DNA of 64,000 bases from Candidatus Izemoplasma sp. (GCA_007135105.1 SLJL01000008.1:26736-90735); one strand, 5' to 3'; shown: positions 53,771 to 61,845, numbered from the stretch's first letter. Notes: generated by a model not told the origin, from the letters alone. Numbers and translations are program-made.

Positions 53771-55970
53771 GTCGGATCATCTCTTTATGTTTATCAACGA
53801 TGAAACTGGCAATATGTCTTCCGGTGGTGCCACGTCCAAATCCTTGATCTATTTTATTTTTCATAGCGATTTCCGGAGTGACTTGAGTTCCTCCAGCTAT
53901 AAGTATCAGTTTATCTCTTACCCCTTTTTCCACAGCATAATCATGTAGTTTCCTCATGTTTTTATAGTGGACATCATCGTGTGAAATTATCGTTGACATC
54001 ATAATGACATCGGCATCCATTTCAATGGCCGCATCAACGAATTTATCAATTGGAACACTTGTTCCGAGATAGGTATACTTGATACCATACTTCTCGACGC
54101 CACCATGTTTTATGTCTAGAACTTCACGAATACCCACACTATGTTCATCGTTGCCGCCGGTACCCGCGACAACTTTGATCGGATGTTTTTTTACATAATC
54201 AAAAATCTCATCTTCCGATAATGTGTCTAGTTCCCTAGGTATTGTCAATTTGCTTACATCAATGTCGAAATTTACACGACCTTTTATTTGAACACGAGAT
54301 CCTTCACTTGGATGTAAGACTTCTGAATGGATAACCTCGATATCTGTGAGGTTCATTCTTTTTCCTGCTTCTATGGCTGCTTCTTTGGCAACTTTTCTTG
54401 AAATCGGGAAAAATAAATCTACCGTAACAACACCATCGCCTAACCATTCGACTTCAGGTTTTACTAGGTTAGAATTTCTGTATTTTTCAGACTCGTCAAG
54501 TCTCAGATAGACATTATCAGACTCGTCAAGTTCATCGATAAATTGTATCATTTCCGGTTTTTCAAAAGTGCATCCATCAATGAGTTTAGCGGGATTGTCA
54601 ACAAACTCAGAACCATATTGTTTGACGTTATTATAACCAAAATGCGCTGTGACCGGAGCCATATAGTCTTTATCTCTTCTGATTACGGATCCTGCACCGA
54701 TACCTCCATTAATCTCTCGAGAAATACCGTCACCATTTCTTTCGGGATACTCACCACTATCAACAAACATTCCTGCTTCGACAGCTTCGTAATAACCACC
54801 GAGTTCGATAATTTCTTCCATCATCAAAATTGCCCGTTCTTGAATTTCCCTTTTTTTGTCGTAGATATATCCTTCATTTTTGATATCAACCATGGATAAC
54901 AGATCATCCATGCCTATCATCGCTTGCTTGGTTGTATCAAGTGCCTCAATATTATAGATATGCCAAGGGACGTTACGACCTTCATCCGGCGTAATCGTAC
55001 TTTGGATATCAGCTGAAGTTAGACGAGAAATCATCAAGTTCAACACGTGTGTCACTGTCGCTTCTCTAGTGGATGAATCCATGTACTTGGTATTCATCTG
55101 AGCACGTATTTTATACTTGTCAAAAAATTCACGTAAAGCCACCGCATAAGGTAAGTTCAGTTTTAGATCCGGTGATGGTGGTGCCGCCGGCGGTACAGAT
55201 GAAAGACATATATTCTCAGGCTTGATTCCAGTCTTTTCACTAAATACTGAATTAATCGCATGCTGTACAAGCAACTCCGGCATGACTTTCCAAGCGTCCC
55301 GTGCTGTTGCGTTTGCGTTGTGTGCGCCATCGATTTGCGCAATATTTGCGTAAGCCATGACTTTTTTGCTTTCAGCGGCATCAACAAAACTTCTAATCAT
55401 ATTGATGTTTCGATACAAGATATTATATTGGGGATCCTGATGGGCACCGTTCACGCCTTCTTCAGTAAATAATACGGCAATTTCCGGCCCTGCTACACCA
55501 GATACATAAGAGTGATAGTTGATCGGCCTACCCACCTCTTCTTCAATGTAATCCAGCGCCTTACGTTGTGCACGTAATTGTTTACGCGTTATAGGAATTC
55601 CACCGACACCTTGGGGAGTTCCCTCTAACAAACCATCGAAATGAGACTGACCGGCCGTACGGATGACCATGATATGATCAGCACCATGATAGGCGGCCAT
55701 TCTCATCCTTCTAATGTCATCTTCAAATCGCCCTGATGCGATTTCAGCAGTTATTACGGCATCCGGTTGTGGATCGATACCACCCAAATAGTTCGCGGCT
55801 TGTAAAGGGACAAATTTATCCAAAGATGGACTGGCTTGTTTATACTCAAAACCGCCAAGATTAATGGGTTGCGCCTTTCGCCAGGTCCAGCCACGTTTCT
55901 CTGGTCTGTAGTTTTCCAGATCATCCAATATATGGCGAATATCAAGTTTTTCATTTGGTTTTAATTTCAT
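53760..55970 (-). CDS. oraE: D-ornithine 4,5-aminomutase, large (beta) subunit
   Basis: 736-aa ORF with a C-terminal cobalamin-binding motif DxHxxG (GGNDEHSVGIREV). Shows the fused large-subunit architecture plus a separate small-subunit gene of about 120 aa upstream (ATGA overlap). Confidence 0.85.
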   Translation of the reverse strand: MKLKPNEKLDIRHILDDLENYRPEKRGWTWRKAQPINLGGFEYKQASPSLDKFVPLQAANYLGGIDPQPDAVITAEIASGRFEDDIRRMRMAAYHGADHIMVIRTAGQSHFDGLLEGTPQGVGGIPITRKQLRAQRKALDYIEEEVGRPINYHSYVSGVAGPEIAVLFTEEGVNGAHQDPQYNILYRNINMIRSFVDAAESKKVMAYANIAQIDGAHNANATARDAWKVMPELLVQHAINSVFSEKTGIKPENICLSSVPPAAPPSPDLKLNLPYAVALREFFDKYKIRAQMNTKYMDSSTREATVTHVLNLMISRLTSADIQSTITPDEGRNVPWHIYNIEALDTTKQAMIGMDDLLSMVDIKNEGYIYDKKREIQERAILMMEEIIELGGYYEAVEAGMFVDSGEYPERNGDGISREINGGIGAGSVIRRDKDYMAPVTAHFGYNNVKQYGSEFVDNPAKLIDGCTFEKPEMIQFIDELDESDNVYLRLDESEKYRNSNLVKPEVEWLGDGVVTVDLFFPISRKVAKEAAIEAGKRMNLTDIEVIHSEVLHPSEGSRVQIKGRVNFDIDVSKLTIPRELDTLSEDEIFDYVKKHPIKVVAGTGGNDEHSVGIREVLDIKHGGVEKYGIKYTYLGTSVPIDKFVDAAIEMDADVIMMSTIISHDDVHYKNMRKLHDYAVEKGVRDKLILIAGGTQVTPEIAMKNKIDQGFGRGTTGRHIASFIVDKHKEMIRRAR

Positions 55971-56326
55971 TTTGTCAAAACCTCCTTGATAAACTCAATA
56001 TATTCTCCGTTTCCTAATGCGATTCCGGAACTTCTTATATCAAGCTTTTTTTCTTTCGCCAATCTATAGACACAGTGACCAGCACCTTTACGTAACAAAT
56101 CATGTTCGCCAAGCATATCTACAATTTTTTTGCTTTCAATACTTGAAAATCCCATTCGTAATAAAATACTGCGCTCTATGGATTTTGACGTCGATTCGTA
56201 CCCTTGCTTAACCAATGGATCGACTAGACGATCGGCAAGTTGATAAAAATAATCTTTAAGCTCCTTGTCAGATAAATCCTTCAAATGTTTTCTACGATTC
56301 ACAAAATCATCGTTTCGCTCTTTCAT
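55967..56326 (-). CDS. oraS: D-ornithine 4,5-aminomutase, small (alpha) subunit
   Basis: Start trimmed to ATG 56326 (MKERNDDFVNRRKHLKDLSDKELKDYF), 6 nt after GAGGAGG. 119 aa. Overlaps ortB by 20 nt and oraE by 4 nt. Confidence 0.8.
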   Translation of the reverse strand: MKERNDDFVNRRKHLKDLSDKELKDYFYQLADRLVDPLVKQGYESTSKSIERSILLRMGFSSIESKKIVDMLGEHDLLRKGAGHCVYRLAKEKKLDIRSSGIALGNGEYIEFIKEVLTK

Positions 56327-57722
56327 TCTTGACCTCCTCGAATAATTCTTCAATACGTTTTACATTATCCATTCTGAACTCTTCTTTTAAGTATGTGTAG
56401 TCATATTCTGTTAAACTTTGAGATGCATAACGTTTTAGATAGGACTTTCTTAATTTGTCTAGCGAAATTTTCTCTATATGGATATCATCTGCCGAATTCG
56501 GTACAACAATATTTTTTCCTGGTATTTCTGTTTGAGGATCACCAAAAACAATGTCTACGCCATTCTGTTTTGCAAAAGATAATTGTGGCTGATGATGTTT
56601 GCCCGCACCGGTATACTCTGTCTCCTGCACTACTATGACTTTGTCTTTTTCCATGGTTTGAGCCAACTTGAAGGCAACCGCTAAACTGGTGTTACCGGCA
56701 GGGCCTCTTTCTAAGCCCTCCAATGTCGCTAATGCTTCTGTGATGAAAAATACACTACCCTGATTTACCGTATAATACTCATCTATATATTTAAGCGGTC
56801 TCGCAGCACTTCTTGGTACATCACTTCGATCGGGATTTATTGCAAATGGCATACCAAAACCCGTATGACCTGTAGTAAAGGATTTCCTGTTGAAATCGTC
56901 GTCACTAGCCATATGTAGACCTTGCAGGTTGACACTGGCCGCAATATTTCTACAACGATGATTTGCTCTTAATTCGATGCCTCTAGCTGTACCGGTCAAG
57001 TTCCCCCCTCCAGCATTCGTACAGATAACAGCTGAAGGATATCTTCCGGTTTGATTATACGTTTGAGTAACTATTTCATAGCCTAAGGTCTCAATACCCT
57101 GAATCCCGTAAGGTGAGTATAAAGAAGCATTGAAATATCCCGTGACGTCTAGTAAATGTAAAAAAGCATAAAAGAGTTCAGGACCAACGCTTAGCTGAAC
57201 AACTTCAGCACCATATGCTTCACATGCCCTAGCTTTCTCGATAATTTCCGGTTGTGCTTTATTTTTTGAGTCAAAACACTCTTGGACAATAATGCATTTT
57301 AATCCATTCTTTGCAGCTAAGGCTGCAACTGCTGCGCCATAATTGCCACTTGTCGCGGCGATGACTCCTTTGAACCCTAATTGTTTGGCCTTATAAACGC
57401 TAACCGCAGCTCTCCTTGCTTTAAAAGAGCCACTTAAATTAGAAGCTTCATCCTTGATAAAGATTCTGGCACCATATCCCTCGGGAGCAAATTTTCTAGC
57501 GTAGGCGGTAATATTCTTCAGTTCAAAGAGTGGTGTATTGCCAATCATGGATTCATGTTGAATTCGTTGCACATCCTCAAACGAAAAACCTGTATCCTCC
57601 ATCATTTCTTCATACGAAAAGCCTATACCTTCCCGCTCATATTGATCATAATCAATGCCTACAGAATTTAGAATGATCTCTTTTTTTCTACTATCGAGAT
57701 CTTTTAAAGAGAAATCACTCAT
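56307..57722 (-). CDS. ortB: 2-amino-4-ketopentanoate thiolase, beta (PLP) subunit
   Basis: About 471-aa fold-type II PLP enzyme with Lys motif SGSFKARRA. ATG 57722 overlaps the ortA 3' end by 8 nt. Paired with a small ortA-like ORF. Confidence 0.8.
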   Translation of the reverse strand: MSDFSLKDLDSRKKEIILNSVGIDYDQYEREGIGFSYEEMMEDTGFSFEDVQRIQHESMIGNTPLFELKNITAYARKFAPEGYGARIFIKDEASNLSGSFKARRAAVSVYKAKQLGFKGVIAATSGNYGAAVAALAAKNGLKCIIVQECFDSKNKAQPEIIEKARACEAYGAEVVQLSVGPELFYAFLHLLDVTGYFNASLYSPYGIQGIETLGYEIVTQTYNQTGRYPSAVICTNAGGGNLTGTARGIELRANHRCRNIAASVNLQGLHMASDDDFNRKSFTTGHTGFGMPFAINPDRSDVPRSAARPLKYIDEYYTVNQGSVFFITEALATLEGLERGPAGNTSLAVAFKLAQTMEKDKVIVVQETEYTGAGKHHQPQLSFAKQNGVDIVFGDPQTEIPGKNIVVPNSADDIHIEKISLDKLRKSYLKRYASQSLTEYDYTYLKEEFRMDNVKRIEELFEEVKNERAKR

Positions 57723-58020
57723 CGTCGTCACCCCAAAATTCCTTTTGGATTGATTTTTTCATCTGAAGGATTTCAGGAACAAACTCTCCAAAATTGTGTT
57801 TATAAGTAGGACTTACCTCTTTTAATGTCCCTTCGACAACACGTCCGGTAGCGGTAACAATTTTCGTTTCTTCATATAGTTCGCTTTCTTCCAATAAAAC
57901 GCCTCTTATCCAAGCTTTAAGCGGCACCTTTCTTGTACAATCCGGTATGTTCTCTAATCTTTCTTCCGGCAGTAGTAGATGTTTCCTAATCCTAACGTAT
58001 TTTCCTTTTGCAACTAACAT
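57715..58020 (-). CDS. ortA: 2-amino-4-ketopentanoate thiolase, alpha subunit
   Basis: Start trimmed to ATG 58020 (MLVAKGKYVRIRKHLLLPEER), giving 101 aa. The small subunit sits immediately upstream of ortB, the arrangement typical of ornithine clusters. Confidence 0.75.
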   Translation of the reverse strand: MLVAKGKYVRIRKHLLLPEERLENIPDCTRKVPLKAWIRGVLLEESELYEETKIVTATGRVVEGTLKEVSPTYKHNFGEFVPEILQMKKSIQKEFWGDDDE

Positions 58021-58054
58021 ATTATCACCCTTAAATTGTGAAATTTCCACACGT

Positions 58055-58089
58055 CATAATGATATCATAAAAACCCTTACATTGTATAG
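58055..58089 (-). promoter_or_regulatory. Promoter/operator-like module upstream of ortA (copy 1 of a duplicated 35-nt element)
   Basis: Minus-strand extended -10 TGaTATCAT (58059..58067), about 40 nt before the ortA ATG. 30/35 nt are identical to 59233..59267, with a perfect 18-nt core at 58066..58083. Confidence 0.55.
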
Positions 58090-58116
58090 TGAATAGAGTT
58101 ATTTATCCCTTATATA

Positions 58117-58145
58117 CAAATAAAAACCCCAAATGAATGAGGTTT
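58117..58145 (-). terminator. Rho-independent terminator after ord
   Basis: Minus strand reads AAACCTC attcattt GGGGTTT followed by TTATTTG, 9 nt after the ord stop. Confidence 0.6.
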
Positions 58146-58153
58146 ATAAAAAA

Positions 58154-59197
58154 TCACTTAATTAACTTTCGAACATCACCTAGAATTGCTCTCGGGATAG
58201 GTAGATCAATCATGGTTTTTAAACCGGGGTCAGAGTTGATAACGTGCGGCAACATATTTACGCACATTGCTATTGTGCCTAATCCGCCATCAATTTCAGG
58301 CGAAATCACCATATTTATGTCTGGTTTTCCTGTTATATGGATGTAATCACCCGTTTGAGTTCCTTCAATCTCAGGTTCTATCTGCTGAGGATGTTTCATG
58401 TCAATGAACAATGATTTGTCTACATAACCTTGCGCAGTCATGTCGATACCTGCAAGGTTCCCTTTTGATGCTTCTCCGTAGCGGCTTTTTCTATCAACTG
58501 AAGTTATTATTGGTTTCATTTGTTGTTGAAAGTCATCGATATCGATACCAAGAGCATCTGACATCATATAAATACTTTCTTTAAAGCCAACATGACCTGC
58601 TAAATCATCATCTTTGATTCTTTCATGGAACTCATCAAGTGTAATACCGACTCCCTGTTCTTCCATCACTGTAGGTCCGAAAGGAGATAAGCTGTTAACC
58701 CTTTTGATTTCTAAGCTACTTACATCTACCATTGCACCCGTTAATGCAAGTGCCAGTACGTCCATAACAAAGCCAGGATTAATGCCGGTACCCAAAATGG
58801 TTACGCCATTCTCATTAGCAAGCTCATCCATTTTTGTTGTAAGTTCTGGTTCACTCGCCTTGGGATAAGACATCTCTTCAGCTGTACTAATCACATTTTT
58901 TCCACTTTTAACAATCTTTTCAATTTTAGGATATGATTTAACAGTGAATGAATCCGTTGCCAAAAAAACTAAATGTGCATCAATTGAAAGAACTTGATCA
59001 ATATCGCCACTAATAGCAATGTTTTTTTGGTCTTTAGGTAAATCAACTTCTAAAACATCTGCTAATGGTTTTCCAACAATTGTTTCATCGATATCGCAAA
59101 TACCAGCTATTTCCAATCCTTGTTTGGATAAAACCATTTCAGCAATTCCTCTTCCCATGGCACCAAAGCCCCAAATGATAACTTTAATATTCTCCAT
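58154..59197 (-). CDS. ord: 2,4-diaminopentanoate dehydrogenase
   Basis: 347-aa ORF with N-terminal Rossmann motif KVIIWGFGAMGRG (DapB-like fold) and RBS AAGGAG. Lies adjacent to ortAB/oraSE. Confidence 0.8.
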   Translation of the reverse strand: MENIKVIIWGFGAMGRGIAEMVLSKQGLEIAGICDIDETIVGKPLADVLEVDLPKDQKNIAISGDIDQVLSIDAHLVFLATDSFTVKSYPKIEKIVKSGKNVISTAEEMSYPKASEPELTTKMDELANENGVTILGTGINPGFVMDVLALALTGAMVDVSSLEIKRVNSLSPFGPTVMEEQGVGITLDEFHERIKDDDLAGHVGFKESIYMMSDALGIDIDDFQQQMKPIITSVDRKSRYGEASKGNLAGIDMTAQGYVDKSLFIDMKHPQQIEPEIEGTQTGDYIHITGKPDINMVISPEIDGGLGTIAMCVNMLPHVINSDPGLKTMIDLPIPRAILGDVRKLIK

Positions 59198-59232
59198 ACA
59201 TATCTCCTTATTCTATTAGAAGTGACAAACAC

Positions 59233-59267
59233 CATTATCATAACATAAAAACCCTTACATTTTATAT
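59233..59267 (-). promoter_or_regulatory. Promoter/operator-like module upstream of ord (copy 2 of the duplicated 35-nt element)
   Basis: Minus-strand extended -10 TGtTATGAT (59237..59245), about 40 nt before the ord ATG. The perfect 18-nt core at 59244..59261 is shared with 58066..58083. Confidence 0.55.
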
Positions 59268-59282
59268 GAATTGAGATAAAAT

Positions 59283-59894
59283 TCAGGATTCGGTGTGATT
59301 TCTTATTATAAAATCAGTTGCATCATCTATAAAAGGCACCATAGCTTCATCCCATGTCACCCGAAATAATAGATGAAATCTTTTCCACAGTAATCTTTTA
59401 TGATGGATCCTTTTGACATTTTTCGATTTCAACCTACACATATACGCATGCATCTCAATGTGTCTGTATTGATCAGGTTTATACAACTGTTTTTTTGTAT
59501 AGAAATGTCTTCTACGTCCTAATTTCTCAACAATATCAACTTCGGCATTGACTTGTTCATAAATTGCTCTTCTAACCGCATCTTCATTTGTTTCATTTTC
59601 TTTAACCATATCATGAGGAAATACCCACTGAAAACTATCCTTGAAATGTGCTTTATCATATCTTTGTAATAGTAAAAACTGATTTTTTTCATCATACACA
59701 ATTCCAACAGCAACTTTCCTAGGTTCAACTTCTTCTGGATACACATTGGGCATTTGTTTGATGACTTTTGATTTTGCTGTTGTTGCCTTATGTTTGAGTT
59801 CTGTTTGTACTATTTGATTCATATAATCGAAAATCTCTTTTTGTTTTTCGTTAAGATTTGGTTTTTTCTTAGGATTCTCAAAACTAATTCCCAT
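59283..59894 (-). CDS. Nudix-fold (MutT-like) protein with a degenerate Nudix box
   Basis: 203-aa ORF. VAVGIVYDEKNQFLLLQR...WVFPHDMVKENETNEDAVRRAIYEQVNAEV aligns to MutT WEFPGGKxExGExxxxAxxRELxEExG, but several consensus positions are replaced (GG to HD, RE to RA, EE to EQ). The start overlaps the surE stop (TAATG). Confidence 0.6.
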   Translation of the reverse strand: MGISFENPKKKPNLNEKQKEIFDYMNQIVQTELKHKATTAKSKVIKQMPNVYPEEVEPRKVAVGIVYDEKNQFLLLQRYDKAHFKDSFQWVFPHDMVKENETNEDAVRRAIYEQVNAEVDIVEKLGRRRHFYTKKQLYKPDQYRHIEMHAYMCRLKSKNVKRIHHKRLLWKRFHLLFRVTWDEAMVPFIDDATDFIIRNHTES

Positions 59895-60574
59895 TATAAT
59901 CTATCTCCTTTTAAAGGTATTTTAGCAATAGAAATATAACCGTTATTTATGGCAAAGTAGTCACTATTTTTTGGCATGTTATTACCAATAATTTCTCGTA
60001 CAGTTTCAAAATAATTATTTTCGATTTTATATTTAACAGAGTATCTAACATAATACGTTCTCGCAGACATGAAACCATTAAAAGAATCGCACTTCTCTTT
60101 GGGAAAGTTAATATTTATCACATGTTTGCTATTCAATAATTTGTTTTCAAAAATATATTCGAATGTCTCCTTCAGATGTTCTTCAACCTGGTTAAACCCT
60201 TTATAATCAGCCGATAAGGCAATGGAAGGATAACCTAAATATGCTGCTTGTAATGCAGCACCAACAGTTCCTGAATACATCGTGTCAACACCTAGATTAT
60301 ACCCCCTGTTAGTACCAGATACAACTAGATCGAACGTTTTATCTAATCCTCTAATGCCGAATGATACACAATCGGCAGGGGTACCATCTACAGCATAAAA
60401 ATTTTCGTCTATTTTCTCAAAATAAAATCCTCTTATACTGATTGCTACGCTTTTTCCGGATTGTTGATGTCTAGGAGCAATCACTGTAACATCACCAAAA
60501 TTCTTTAAAACTTTTTCAGTATATTTTAACCTTTTCGATTCGATACCATCATCATTCACTAATAATATATTCAT
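59894..60574 (-). CDS. surE: 5'/3'-nucleotidase SurE family protein
   Basis: 226-aa ORF with SurE motifs MNILLVNDDGI, APRHQQSG, GTPADCV and SGTNRGYNLGVDTMYSGTVGAA. Confidence 0.88.
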   Translation of the reverse strand: MNILLVNDDGIESKRLKYTEKVLKNFGDVTVIAPRHQQSGKSVAISIRGFYFEKIDENFYAVDGTPADCVSFGIRGLDKTFDLVVSGTNRGYNLGVDTMYSGTVGAALQAAYLGYPSIALSADYKGFNQVEEHLKETFEYIFENKLLNSKHVININFPKEKCDSFNGFMSARTYYVRYSVKYKIENNYFETVREIIGNNMPKNSDYFAINNGYISIAKIPLKGDRL

Positions 60575-60644
60575 AGAGTCCTCCTGTTATTCTTCTCAAC
60601 ATATAATGGTATCTCTAATTCTATTTTTTTTCAAGCCGATATAG

Positions 60645-61280
60645 TTAAAATAGATATTCTTTGACAAACTTACATAGATGATTGACATTATTATTGTTAT
60701 ATTCGATATGTTTCTTTACGGGTTCTTTCCCTTTGACCCCTGTATATTCTGGCATTGCAATAAATGAATAGTTATGGATTTTTATCTCAGGACTTAAATA
60801 ATACGACATCATCTCTTTATAAATAAGCAATTCATAGGCTTTTTTGTGCCAAATATTAGAGAGATTAGGAAATGTATTAGATATTCTTAGTTCTAATAGG
60901 AGAATTTTTGATCCATTACCTAAAATAAAGTCAACACGCTTGTTCTTAGATAGTTTAATTCTATATTCACAAAACAAGGATAGTTTACTGTAAGTTTCAT
61001 AACCGTAGTTTTCCTTAAATTTATCTGCGAATTTGTTCATTAAAAACAAACCATCAACGATAGAAATTAATTCAGCAATTGATACTTGCCATCTAAAAAG
61101 ATGTTTTTCATCAAATTTTTGTCTTAGAAATTTCATGTAGTTGGAATTTCGAACTTCATCTCCCCTTTTATTTACAGGTTTATCTGTTATTCTCCATTTA
61201 CCAAAATAAATCAGGGCGCTATAAAAATTCTGGAAGATTTGCAAATCGTCAAAACTGAGCATCGAATTATCCGAAAACAT
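60645..61280 (-). CDS. Hypothetical protein (weak PD-(D/E)xK-like pattern)
   Basis: 211-aa ORF with RBS AAGGAG. I recognise no family. The segment EYRIKLSKNKRVDFILGNGSKILLLELRIS loosely resembles an E...D...ExK nuclease core, with R in place of K. Confidence 0.5.
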   Translation of the reverse strand: MFSDNSMLSFDDLQIFQNFYSALIYFGKWRITDKPVNKRGDEVRNSNYMKFLRQKFDEKHLFRWQVSIAELISIVDGLFLMNKFADKFKENYGYETYSKLSLFCEYRIKLSKNKRVDFILGNGSKILLLELRISNTFPNLSNIWHKKAYELLIYKEMMSYYLSPEIKIHNYSFIAMPEYTGVKGKEPVKKHIEYNNNNVNHLCKFVKEYLF

Positions 61281-61561
61281 AATTTACTCCTTACAATTGA
61301 GATAATTACATTACATAAAATATAATTCAAATATATAGACTGTTTTACTTCTATAAATTCAAATTTATTTTTTGGCAATAGAAAAACCAATTAATGAGAA
61401 AGGCTACACATTTTAGAGTAAATACCGATGAAATAGTGCCACCTGTCCGTCGATGAGAGAGCCACCAGTCCAGACAGGAGAGCCACTATATCCGGCGCTT
61501 GAGACGGTTAGGTTTTTTCAATGAATTGAGGATCCATGTGACAGTAAAAAAACTTATAATA

Positions 61562-61597
61562 AATAAAAAAAATGAAGCTTCATGAATCGCTTCATTA
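61562..61597 (-). terminator. Rho-independent terminator after the tRNA array
   Basis: Stem AATGAAGC (61571..61578) / GCTTCATT (61589..61596), followed on the minus strand by a 7-8 U run. Lies 10 nt after tRNA-Phe. Confidence 0.75.
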
Positions 61598-61605
61598 GAT
61601 GATTA

Positions 61606-61681
61606 TGGTGGCTCAGGGCGGAATTGAACCACCGACACATGGATTTTCAGTCCACTGCTCTACCAACTGAGCTACTGAGCC
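61606..61681 (-). tRNA. tRNA-Phe (GAA)
   Basis: Cloverleaf checked by hand. Acceptor GGCTCAG/CTGAGCC, anticodon loop CTGAAAA, T-loop TTCAATT, encoded CCA. Confidence 0.95.
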
Positions 61682-61689
61682 AAAAAAAA

Positions 61690-61765
61690 TGGCGGTCCTG
61701 ACGGGAATCGAACCCGCGATCTCCAGTGTGACAGACTGGCATGTTAACCGCTACACCACAGGACC
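61690..61765 (-). tRNA. tRNA-Asp (GTC)
   Basis: Acceptor GGTCCTG/CAGGACC, anticodon loop CTGTCAC, GTTCGATTC T-arm, encoded CCA. Confidence 0.95.
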
Positions 61766-61768
61766 TTT

Positions 61769-61845
<77 letters not shown>

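Noticed and set aside
61301-61340. A dif/Xer-like sequence (TTATGTAATGT arm resembling the Bacillus dif XerD arm TTATGTAAACT) in the AT-rich spacer.
   Set aside because: The putative XerC arm does not match. The region is generic AT-rich DNA, and the locus appears origin-proximal (parB nearby), where dif is not expected.
61459-61467. GAGCCACCA, identical to the 3' acceptor end plus CCA of tRNA-Phe but on the opposite strand, as a possible att-site remnant.
   Set aside because: The identity is only 9 nt and is in inverted orientation relative to the tRNA gene, with no partner repeat or recombinase. It is retained only as part of the unexplained GC-rich element finding.
59283-61605. Low GC content of the unknown-surE-Nudix region next to tRNA-Phe as evidence of a horizontally acquired island.
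   Set aside because: The clearly core parB, DUF951 and MazG-like genes at 63102..64000 look just as AT-rich by eye. The higher GC of the ribosomal and RNAP genes is therefore the outlier. No integrase, direct repeat of the tRNA 3' end in the same orientation, or other mobility gene is present.
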